Source of the DNA: Strigamia acuminata
Taxonomy: Eukaryota
Length of the DNA stretch: 64,000 nt
Assembly (NCBI GenBank): GCA_949358305.1
Contig: OX442314.1
Location: forward strand, 28,830,001-28,894,000
Direction of reading: 5' to 3'
The first letter of the stretch is position 1; each line of letters opens with the position of its first letter. Position numbers and translations under genes: made by a program. A model generated the notes under the pieces. That model did no database searches. It was not told the origin of the DNA and saw only the letters and a program-made list of their open reading frames with translations. Positions 12,901 to 24,118 of the stretch are shown here, in pieces.

Positions 12901-13684
12901 GGCCCAAATCAATGCCCTTGAAAAGTAACAGTTTCTATCTAACTTTAATCAGGATCAATACTAAATCGACGTCGCCCGACCTATCTCGACTCACAATCAA
13001 TTTTACAAAGAAATGATTAAATATTTATTTGAATTTGTAAACAAACTGGACAGAATATCAATTGCACGTGTCTTTCCTGGTCAGGTAAGAGTGTTTTTCC
13101 TCCTTGCTCTCTGAAAGTTTCACATTCACAACTTTCCATCTTATTACCTATCTAGTTCAACGTCCACTTTCAAATTTGAGAAGAATTTACGTTACCAGTA
13201 GCACGGTGCAAATATCAGTGATGATGTGTCACATTTGGAACTCTGTCCAAATCAGCAACGAACAAAGACCAACGATGTAAGTAGCAACGCGAAATTAGCT
13301 GCCGATTGAATAATGACATAACAGAATAGCTGTTAAGTAAAATACCGGGTGGCCCACATAAAACAGGCCCGACAATGGAAGGAGGGTTACTATTGCGGCG
13401 GGTTTTATTTAGGCAATCTGGTACATCTACCAGGCAAAGTCTTACAATATGGGTCGCTTTATTTGTAAAGAGTGTCCCAAAATTAACGCAAGATTTGAAT
13501 TAAATAGAAAACGCAGTTTTTAGTCATTAGATTGTTATTTTATTATTGAATCATAAAGTACATAGGATAGGGTTATTTATGGAATAACACAACGAGCAAA
13601 TGGCCTCCACGGCTTTGCTGGCACAGATGCACTCTTTTTGTCGAAATTTTCCATGACCATTCTGCATAAATGTGGCTGAATTTT

Positions 13685-15491
13685 GGGGCTTACTTTAGAA
13701 AAGGGCCCGCTTCGGATCGGGCCAAAAATGTTGTTACTTACTAAACAAACTCTCCTGAGTCCAAAAATGACACACAAAAGTGTCGGAAATGAAGCGTTCC
13801 GGTCGAAAATGCTGAGTAAAAGCTCTTTTTACATCAGCGAAAGGGCTGTGTGGCCGTCATTGTTTCTTGATTATCTTGTTGCTCGATTATCCCCGTCTGG
13901 TTTGCATAAAAAAACCGGAAGGTGAGGTTTGCAGGGGTCAAGGGGGGCGCTAGCCCCCCCCCCCCCTTGTCAGGAAAAAAAAGAAAAAAACACGCAAAAA
14001 GGTTAGGTTAGGTTAGGAGCGCAGCAGGGGATAGATAAAAAGAGATACCAAAAGAAAATAAAACAAAATGAAACAAAATGAAACAAATGAAACAAATGAA
14101 ATAAAATGACAAAAATTGCGGATTGCACTTTGTAGGCAAAAGAAATATGGCTAAGTTTTATTGAGAATGAATAAAAATAACAAAATGTAATCTAAAACAT
14201 AGAAAAATGTCAAACTCCAATTTAAAACAGAAAAATGTCAAACTTCACGGAATGCATGGCTGCGTCGACGCCATTATCGCGTCAGTGGTAATAGGTGGTC
14301 GTGAGGGATGTACAGCAAAGGCCGAGCGCAGTGAGGATCTATGCAGAGAATCTATGAAACAAAATGAGGCAAATGAAATAAAATGAAATGAATTGAAATG
14401 AAATGAAATAAACGATTACTTTTACTGTCCTCCTGGATACAATGCCCTGATGTCATCCAGGAGCGCTTGAAAAGGATCGACGCCTTGGTTGCTCTTGTCT
14501 TTGAGCCACAGGTACTCGCAGAGGTGATCGGCGAGGTATTCGGCTGTGATCCCACTTCTGGTGAGTCTTCTCTTCAGTGGCCGCCAGTTCGACTCAATGG
14601 TCTGCGTGTTGGCCCAACTGTCCGGATCCACAAAGTTACACGAGTGGTTGACTGTAAGATGTTGGAAACCCTCCTCGTCCAGATTGCTGTAACCTTTCCA
14701 GCAATCTGTTATAATGGTCGTTCCGTTTTCGACGTGCTTGTGGAGCAAGGTGAGGAGGGTTCGTGCGTCCCTTTTGTTATTCGGGCAAATTTCCATTCGA
14801 AATTTTCCGCTGGCCCCCGTTTCGATCATCCAGAGGACCCAACTGCCTTCCACGATCCTTCTCTTTTCATACTTTCGACGGCCTATCTTTGACTCGTTGA
14901 TCTCAACCACGCGCCTGGGTTCCCCGATTTTGCCATCTGACTCAAACTTTGTGTCGAGAGAAACCATACACGCTTCATGACAGTATGAGTACCAGTCCGC
15001 CACCGTGGCGGACGACAACACACTGTCGCGAATCAAGCACTCCCTGGCCGCCATTTCATACGACATTTTTGTCGAAAACGCAAATTTCGGGTGGGAGATG
15101 GCTGTATTCAAACCAGGTGTTCTTTGCCAACGACACTTGAACTGAACTCCCAGCTTGTCCTGCATGCAATCTTCTGCACCTGAACGCCCCCAAACCATGT
15201 TTGTTTCTGTCTAGTGTCATTGAACGACAACACTTGGGGCAGTTCCTGGCTCTGGGAAGTAAGCGTTGCTCCCATAACCATTCGAGACAGGTGTCCGTGG
15301 TTGTAAACTTCTGAGAAAACACAAACAAATTCAAACGAGGTTGGGCTTCCGTCATTGGTTCAGTTGTTAGTGGTACTAACGCTCGCAAGGTGGCGCTGCC
15401 GCATCGAGCGATAATGGCGGCCACGCGGCCGTGTTCCGTGCATTTGACGTAGTCCGAAGCTGTTTTCGACTGGAACGCTTCATTTCCGACA
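13685..15491 (-). mobile_element. Merlin (IS1016/ISXO2-like) DNA transposon, one end truncated
   Basis: Inverted repeat TGTCGGAAATGAAGCGTTCC(G/A)GTCGAAAA at ~13781 and ~15464-15491 brackets the transposase. The left boundary is approximate. Confidence 0.75.
14422..15424 (-). pseudogene. ISXO2-like/Merlin DDE transposase, frameshifted
   Basis: N-terminal zinc ribbon (CPKC...FRC) in ORF 15056-15424. VEINESKIGRRKY, RDARTL, GTTIITDCWKGY, HLTVNHSCNFVDP and NTQTIESNW in ORF 14422-15198. The first catalytic D reads N. Confidence 0.9.
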
Positions 15492-16590
15492 GTTGAATAA
15501 AAATAACAAGATAACTATATTTTGTCGAAAATTACAAGATTATTTTATGAAATATGAACAAATGAATTTATTAAGAAATTAATGACTAGAATTAATGGTT
15601 AGTAAGCTAGAAAATAGAAAGAAATAAAGATATTTCTTTTGTTCGCTCGGATCAAAGAAATGCGCTACCAACAGCGGTTAGTTGTTGAGCGCGAAAAATT
15701 GGCGCGTGTTTGTTGCACTCAAAATGGCGAGTCGGGCTCGCCTAAAAATTGCTTTCGTTCGTACAGTTGCTCGTACGGAAGCTCGCGGTGGCTTACAGAT
15801 GTAGGTGATGGTTCACGGCGAGAGGTTTGCTTGTGACGACGACGGTGAGTCCTAGATAATTCAACGGGACTCACAATGATCAGCAACCAGCGGTAAAAAT
15901 TCCTTCGCACGTTCGATGGCAATGGACTGTAAACTCCGGAGGAAGCTCGCAGTGGTTAACAGTCGTTCATGATGGTTCACGAGCGACGGTTTGCCCTGTA
16001 GACAATAGCGAGTCTCGGATAAAATCAACGAGACTCAACAATAGCCGGCAGTGAGCGCGTTTTTCTCGGGTGTTACCCGAGATTCGTTACCAAATCGCAA
16101 ATGTAGCTGGTTCCACCAAATATTCAGTGGAAACAGCAGAGTCTTGACTCACCAAAACGTAAAACACAGTCAATACGTGAATCCTTTTGTTTGAAGTTCG
16201 AAGCAGTGATCAGTTGTATTGTTGTTGTTGGTGTGTGTATGTCAAGAGTGGGCCAAACCACCAAAATTTGGGGTTTTATGCACTCTCGAAATATGCGCGC
16301 CAAATGTGCGTAGACGGCTAATTTTGATACAACAAAGGAATATTGTTTTGCCAAAACCGTTGGTATTGCACCATACCTCTGGCCAAAGAAGGGTGGAGTG
16401 TGTCTCAGCACACATCAGATGTGCGCAGTAGAGCTGCGCAATTAACTTGGTTTGGTGTAACAAAACATTTTGCCACACCAAACGGTTAATTAATGGACTC
16501 ACCCCAGCCAAATTGGGGTGAATTATGCTAGGGGAGTTTTCCTCCCTTAATTATGTAACTTGGTTTGACCGTCTTGTTGAAACACATATT
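15492..16590 (-). mobile_element. Long LTR-like repeat (family A, copy 2, truncated)
   Basis: Reverse-complement homology to 10600-11760 (e.g. CCAAAATTTGGGGTTTTATGCACTCTCGAAAT, TGTAAACTCCGGAG). Confidence 0.75.
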
Positions 16591-17618
16591 GGCCACATCA
16601 ATATCACCCAATTTCGGCAAATTCAAATATTGTCTTATTCCATAAATAACCCTATCCTATGCACTTTATGATTCAATAAAAAAATAACAGTCTAAAGACT
16701 AAAAATTTTTCTATTTAATTCAAATCTTGCATAATTTTGGGTATGGTTCAAAGTTATATTGCAATGGATTATAAAGTATTGTGAAATGTATTGGGTTTGA
16801 CAAAGCACTTGAAAATGTATTTTTTAATACATTTTGTAAAATGTATGATGAAATGCATTCCATTACTATTTGTCAAATACGCATGCATTGTGAATATACA
16901 TATTTACAAAATATGTTTTAAAATATATTTTAAAGTACTATTGTTAGAGAATTGTATTTGTAAATGCATTGTCAAAATATATATTTTTTGATTGTATTAT
17001 TCATGCATTAATTACTGCATGAATAATATACAGTATTTCAATTCCGCGAAAAGCAATATATTTTGGAATAGATCTTGAAATGCATTTGGGAAGGCATTAA
17101 TTGGGCAAATCCAAATGAAATATGAACCATATGCGATAATAAAACAGCAGTAACAAAGAAAATAAAAGAAAAAAGAAAAAAGCAGTTTCAGGCTGAAAAA
17201 AATGCCATTTTGAGCATGAAAAATGCCGATTTGAACATGAAAAATGCCGATTTGAAGCTGAAAAACGCTGAAAGGCAAAAACAAAAAACAGACAGCAGAC
17301 CAACAGTCAGTTGAACTAAAGAAGGAGAAGTCAATGGCTAAAAGCAGAAGCAAAGACGTTTGAAGAACAATCCTAAACCATACATTAATAAATTCCGTTG
17401 TATTTGTCATGTGATACATTAATGATTACAATGTACAGATTAGTTTAGTATACCTACAGTAACATGTTTAAGACAATTTTGCATCGTATCTTTGAATTTA
17501 TTATTTGTTGACCCAAGCTTTAAGTCAAAAACTTATTTTCCATTCCTGAAAGTAGTTACCAGTATGCTTGCAACTAAAATGTTTTTATTATCGAAAACTA
17601 TTTATTCGCAGATGCAAC

Positions 17619-19377
17619 ATGAGAAGACAAGTCAGACCCAGACGAGTCACATATGAAAAACAACCTATTAAAAAACTTCAAACTGATTTTTTGGGATTGA
17701 ATAAATTGTGTGATCATTCACACAGCGGATTTTTCAAACTGGTTTGGTTCCTACTTGTCGTGGCTTGCTTCACTGCTTGTTTGTTCCAAATTTACACGCG
17801 TGTGAGCGTTTACCTTGATGGGGCAATTACGCAGGAAGTAGAATTCCGACCCCAAAAATCTTTTTCATTTCCTTCGATCGCTATATGCAATATGCACATA
17901 CATTATCTAATGAGTTATATAGGAAATCAACCAAACACAATAAATAAGAAGACACGTGACTTAATCAACAGCGATGTCGACGAATTATGGACTACATTGG
18001 GTAGAATAAATCTCGACCACTTTTGCGCCGTAAGTAAAATTAAACTGCATTTTCATTTAACTAAGGTTTGGCATAAAAATCAGTAACAGTTTAATCTACT
18101 TGTAATTGTTTATATCCTCAGGGAACAGCATACTTTAGACGCATTTGTGGAAAAAAACTTTTTGAGAAAATGACAGCATACTCCGTTAATACCGCAATTG
18201 GAAATTGTGTGATGCTTAACATGAGTAATATGTAGAATATATCAGATTATTGAAAACGTTATAGCGAAAAAGTTTCTACAGGCTTGCATTTTTCATATGT
18301 ATTGCCATGAATAACCGCCACAGAGGTTACATCCACTCTTCAATAGGAATGCTGCCAAAAGGAAATCGTCCCAATTTCCTGTTTTCAGCCTATCTCTGGG
18401 CAACGATCAGTTTCCTGTAGAAACCTGTTTGCAATAACGTTTACAAACTATGTCAGAAATTCGATTGAATAGCAATTATACAATTACAGATGAAAAAATG
18501 GTGTACAAAGGTCCATTCACTTTTTTAAATTTGGGCTGGAACACTGTCGAGGCTCCCTATGATGTACCAATTCTATTGGTAAGGTTATACATATGAGGAA
18601 AACAAGAAACGGAAAATGTGTATAAAATGGGACAGTTTCTTTCAGTTTTCTCTCCACAGTGATACTTTCCAGCATGTGTATGACGGCCTTGTTGTATCTG
18701 AAGATCCCAATACCGATTTTTATACAGAGTACCGAATATTTGAAAAAGAGGTGCAGTAATACAATTATAAAAAGAAATGAATGCTTTCCTATATCAATCC
18801 AAATTTTAGTTTAAGAATTTGAATTCACCTCGCAATCCCTGTGCACCGGCAGAAGAAGTTACAACTTGCATAACTAATTGCTTAGACAAATTACTAGAAA
18901 AAGAGTTAACTTGTAGGTAAGGTTCCAATGCATGTAGGTTACAACTGTTTCATCCGGATGTTTGTGTAATCTCTCACTTTGTTTGACAGATTACCATTTT
19001 TTAATTCCACGCTACCACGCTGCACCAGATTTAATGAAATTGAGAAAGGATTTTGGACTAGTTGGGAAGCAGCAATCGAAATGGTCAAAAATGTTAAACC
19101 TTGTCACTGTAAACGTAAATGTAACGAGATCAAATACACATTGAATAAGGAAACGGAGGCAAATAATGATAGCTCAAACAGAACAGGGTTGAATTTCCTT
19201 TTTTCAGCTGAAACACACGAAACGATTATAGAGCGACAAATGTTCTCGCTTTCAGCTTTGTTCAGTGAAATCGGTGGAAGCCTCGGTTTATACCTTGGCA
19301 TCAGCATTTTCACAATTGCTGATCTCACTAGCTTTCTTGCCCGACTTTCAATTTCCAAGTTTAAACGCTTTTTCTAA
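17619..19377 (+). CDS. DEG/ENaC channel subunit, copy 2 (~400 aa); exons 17619-18029, 18122-18224, 18490-18578, 18646-18750, 18810-18916, 18990-19377
   Basis: ATG at 17619 follows a splice acceptor. Motifs match copy 1 (FPSIAIC, GNCVMLN, CHCKRKC, EIGGSLGLYLGISIFT). The spliced frame is open for 1203 nt. Confidence 0.9.
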
Positions 19378-19821
19378 AATAATAAATTCCGCTTCAGTTA
19401 AGATTTCAGTAAGCCAAATCAAATGTACCATACAATAAGTCAATTTCTGCACCTTTAGAAATGATAAAAAGAAATCCTCCAGCAGTGTTTAATAAATAAT
19501 AAGGTTTGAATGAGGCGTATAAATGGGTTTGCTCTCGTTTAGAAAGACTCCCAAAGCACGTCCGTCGACGTCAATCGGTCACAAAATTAACAACAACACA
19601 CTACACCAACACTTTGCTCTGCCCACCTACCAAAATTATTCTACCAAGTCAAAAAAACAATCCATTATTTCTCATTGATCAGTCGCACATTACTGTTCGC
19701 TTTCTCACGTATTCTAATAAAGTCCCAAAAAGTATTTCACTTTATTGAAAGAGAGCACATTAGAACGTTTCAACTGTCAATTAATGTAATTGTATTCTGT
19801 ATAATTCATTATGTGCAAGTA

Positions 19822-20074
19822 CGGTGAAGTAAAAAAAAAACTGTACCCTCACTTTATGCTGGCAATTGAAATTGTAAGTAATTTTGTATTTTGCCACTAG
19901 GGAAAACACAAGACACAAAACATGTGTATATTACTTGTAATGCAGACTACTGAGGGTATACAAGTATTATCACCTGTTGATGTCTGGTGTTTAAACTAGT
20001 GGAAAAACAGAAAATTACTCACAATTTCAATTGCTAGACTAGAGGGAGGGTCCAATTGTTTTAATACCCGACTG
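19822..20074. mobile_element. Degenerate TA-flanked MITE
   Basis: Inverted arms GCAATTGAAATTGTAAGTAATTTT / AAAATTACTCACAATTTCAATTGC, with TA at 19820-21 and 20075-76. Confidence 0.6.
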
Positions 20075-20075
20075 T

Positions 20076-20201
20076 ATACACATTGAATAAGGAAACGGAG
20101 GCAAATAATGATAGCTCAAACAGAACAGGGTTGAATTTCCTTTTTTCAGCTGAAACACACGAAACGATTATAGAGCGACAAATGTTCTCGCTTTCAGCTT
20201 T
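20076..20201 (+). repeat. 126-bp copy of part of the last ENaC exon (source 19134-19259)
   Basis: Appears identical by eye to the copy-2 exon, and differs from copy 1. Confidence 0.92.
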
Positions 20202-20827
20202 AATCAATTTAATCAATTTTCTGAAACTGTAATTCACACGTCATTTTTCCGAATTTTTTCATAATTGGGCAGTTTAGTGAATTTTGCTTAACTAATTCAT
20301 TTTGGTGGATATCTGGATATCCACTCATACAAGAACCCTAACAATTTCTTAAACCCAATTTGAATAAATTTCCTACGGTACGGCTAGTTAGACATTTGAA
20401 ATTTTCTGCTTTTTTACTATCAACTTGTACTTTTCAGTTTGATATTCTCAAATTGTATCTCTTCGTCCATATGTTTATGCACAAAAGAATGTAGGAAGTA
20501 TAGTAATAAACAGTACTTAAATGCAGCAAATTAGTTGAAAACATTTCTGGATGCACATCAGACTATACGTATAAAAGAAACACACTTGTCAGAACAAACC
20601 GGGTTGAGGTTTGATTTTTGGCCATTGCATAGGTCGCTTTGCTGCACCCCAACTTCGGAGTTAGGACCAACCGCTTCTCGCGACTGTAAGCAAATATGGT
20701 GTTTGACCACAGCTGGCCCAATTTTGACTGTGCTGGGTTTTCAGGATTCTACAAACAAATTTAAATCAAATAAAGTTCCGGAACTTGGAACGTACGTATA
20801 GGTCATCTATCATAGAATTAGCCTCAC

Positions 20828-22269
20828 AGTAAGGAGTAGGAGCGGTCTTCGATTCGCGTTGGGGCAGCAAACGGTCGATTTGCAGCCTTTCGTCAATAAG
20901 AGTCGGTAAAGGAATTTATCTAAATAAATACTTACCTTTTATTTGGATAACTCACAATCGAGATGCCGTTAATAGGCCTTGAACTCTGTTGCCTGTAAAA
21001 AGTGTCTAGGGGTGTTTAAAAAACGAGAATACAGTTTTGGTTCAATAAAAATGACAAAATATCTTTATTGCTAGAAATTACAATGCAATTAATGGGACAT
21101 ATGATAAATTATTTGACTAGAAATTAAGGCTAAATTAGAAAGAAATAGAAATGAAACGTAAGCGACAAAGCTCACGCGAAACTAAGGAAGTTTTCGCGTT
21201 TGTTGCAAGCGAAATGGCGAAGCGGATTCGCCTAGAAAAATTGCGCTCGTTCGTGCGATGGCAAGGACTGCAAGCTCCGGAGGGACTCCGCGGTGGCTTG
21301 CAGACACTGGCGATGGTTCACGGCGAGTTCTTTGCTTGTGACAATGACGGCGTGCCCGGACAAGTTAATGGAGCACACAATAATCGGCAGTGAGCTGTTA
21401 TAATTACACTGTTCGTTTGATGGTGTAGACTGTAAACTCCGGAGGGACTCCGCGGTGGTTTACAGTCGTTCACGATGGTTCACAAGCAGCGGTTTGCTCT
21501 GTCGGCGATGGTGAGTCTCTGACAAGTCAACGAGACTCAACGATGGTCGGCGATGAGCGAGTGTTTCTCGGGCGTTACTCGAAATTCGTATAGTGCTTGT
21601 AACAAACACGTTTGTTACACACGGGCGCAAAAGCAGGCTAATCTCACTGAGCTTTGTCAGTGAGAGCAGCAATGAATCTCTTATCACAAAACGTTAACAC
21701 TATCAATACCTGATGTCATTTGAAGTAGTGACGGTTTTGTTCTTGTGTTTGTGATAATTTCTTGAGACTGACTCAAAACCGCCAAAATTTGGGGTTTTAT
21801 GCAATCTCTGGCCCTGTGCACTAAATATGCGCAGAAAGCTAATTTTGATACAACAAAAGAATTTGTTGCGCCAAAACCGTTTATTTTGCACCATACCCTG
21901 GCTGAAAAGGCGGGTGAAGTGTGTCTAGGCACACTTCAGTTCTGAGCCTTAAATGTACGCCGTGAGCTTAATTTGGTGCAGAAGTATGGCAATCCTGCAC
22001 CTGCAGGCCTGGCACACTTCGGATCCTGCTCAGTAAAGCTGCGCAATTAGCTTGGTTTGGTGCAACAAAGGATTTGTTGCACCAAAACAGTTAATTAACG
22101 GCTTCACCCCAGCCAAATTGGGGTGAAAATGCTAGGGGAGTTTTCCTCCCCTAATTATGTAACTTGGTTTGGCTTGTGCCAAACTACAATAAAATAAAAA
22201 TATACAATTTCTTAAGTGGTGACTTTTTTATTTATTGCAAAACATAAAAAATACTTCAGGGTCACTACA
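20828..22269 (-). mobile_element. Long solo-LTR-like repeat (family A, copy 3)
   Basis: Minus strand starts TGTAGTGACCCTGA at 22269 and is collinear with 10506-11890. The left boundary is approximate and no clear TSD was found. Confidence 0.72.
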
Positions 22270-22584
22270 AATGGTTATTCTGATAAATCTTTTCGGAAAT
22301 CACTGGTCAGAACAATGCAGTTGCAGATCTATGACACTCGTGGTGAATTGGATGAAAGAATAACATAGACCAAAGAAATAAAATATTATTTCTCCAAAAT
22401 TGGCTGAAAACGACCACCGCGAATGCTCGGTGTGCCTGGCATACGCCAAGCCTAGCAATGGTGCAGATTGGGTGGCAACATCCTAATTAGTTGCAGCCAG
22501 GGGCGGATCTAGCTTTTCGGAAGAAAAATTTAAAAAAAATATATTTAAAAAAAAGCTACTAAGACTTTAGACCGGTTCGTGACT

Positions 22585-24082
22585 TGCGGCGATCCGGGTT
22601 TTTACTTAATAAATCGAGGAGACTTATCAAGCAATCGTCGTAGAGATGCCGTACAGGACTTCTACTCTGTGGCCAAATGTTTGTCTAGGGGAATGATTTT
22701 ACACAGAGTAAAGGAAAAATTAGATAGTTTTAATTAGTTCAAAAATATACAGGAGATATATGCAAAATAATAATGTTTGGGGTCGATCTGGCTTCTTCTT
22801 CACCAATATAAACTCACAGTTGACCGTTGGCTCCAAGATGGCGTCGACGGCGTCGTGTGAGCGCGGAATTTTAGCGGAGTAAACTCAACGCTAAAATACG
22901 CCTCTAAATATACTAAAATCCTCGCGGAGCAAGCTCAACACGAGAATACGTCTTGCACACAGCGATTCGATTATTACGGAGCAAGCTCGACGTAACAATC
23001 GGTCTTCACACAGATCGCTTTGTGGAGTTAAACTCGACACAAAGCCTTCAAATTGACAGAGCAAGCGTGTCGCGCTCAACTCTAACCGTCGCTAACTCGT
23101 GGGTTGATTACTTAATTCGACTAACTCACTACCGCTTTGTTCGAGCGGTTTACCCAAAGAAATGATTACACAGATATAAAAGGTAAAATATAATATAGAT
23201 TTATTCTGTGGGACAATGTACAGATATATCTTATATATATATATGAAAGGTAAGTAAAAGGTAAATCGGAATAGGTGATGGGAAATGGAGAGGTAAAGGT
23301 AAGATGAAAGCTGGCTGGAATCGGCGAGGTCGTCTGTTGTCTCGTTCGTGTCCAAGATGGCGTCCTCGTTGTGGCAACGTGATGTCGTCTTGGGCCGGCG
23401 TGGCAAGATGGCGTCCTCGACTCGTCTCTGGCTGGTCCTTCGGGCTCACGCTGGTCAAGCGCGAGTGAATGCTTAGTTAAAAGGCTTACTTCGGTCTGTT
23501 GTCTAGGTTTTTGTGTGGTGTCCGGCGATCACACAGCGGCGGACTCTTCTGGCTCCCGGCGGTCACACAGCGGCGGGAACGCTCGTCGTGGTTTAACTGC
23601 AGTTTAGGCTTGTGCGACCGTTTGTCTGCACAACTCGCTAAACTGGAGTGGTTTTTACTATTTCTAGCTGATGTGCTAAAATAGTGTGGTAATCTTATCT
23701 CGCAGGTTACTCTGCGGAGTTTGACACTGACCAAACGTACTCACGGTAAATTGTCCTTTGTCCTTGGTCAATCCCAGTATATTTACTTGGGCCTGATCTT
23801 GTAGGACGACGGGTTTACGTGTGTTTCTCGTTTGATGGTTGTGTTGGTTCTGCCCGCTCAGTGCAAGGCACATTCCTTTGCACAAAGCGGGGTTGACAGG
23901 TGACCGGAATCACCCAATGGTGGGGTGGACGAGCCATCCCCACTCCCTCAGGGCAGACGCCTGTCCATTGACTAGATGTCAATGCACTGAGGGAAGGGAG
24001 ACGCGCTTGCGGCTCCCCTTACACCCGAAACGAGGTCACGAGAGAAACTCTTCGTTGACCCCGGTCCAGTCGGGTCACCACA
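22585..24082 (-). mobile_element. 3' LTR (~1.5 kb) of a Gypsy-type retrotransposon
   Basis: TG...CA ends with imperfect inverted termini (TGTGGTGACCCG / TGCGGCGATCCG), directly preceded by a PPT. Homology to the host flank at 4945-4990 stops at about 22585. Confidence 0.85.
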
Positions 24083-24093
24083 CTTCCCCCTCC
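24083..24093 (-). promoter_or_regulatory. Polypurine tract GGAGGGGGAAG
   Basis: Abuts the TG of the 3' LTR on the minus strand. Confidence 0.88.
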
Positions 24094-24118
24094 GAGCTCA
24101 GACCGTGGGGCTGAGCGA

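Larger units (their letters stand above)
13468..16741 (-). mobile_element. Tc1/mariner-family element with ~120-bp TIRs, hosting nested insertions
   Basis: 13468-13590 (after TA, AAGAGTGTCCCAAAATT...) is an inverted repeat of 16630-16741. The minus strand at 13580-13684 reads IQPHLCRMVMENFDK/RVHLCQQSRGGHL, a mariner-like transposase C-terminus. Confidence 0.75.

Noticed and set aside
14000..14017. Telomere
   Set aside because: Only three TTAGG units, internal to a transposon.
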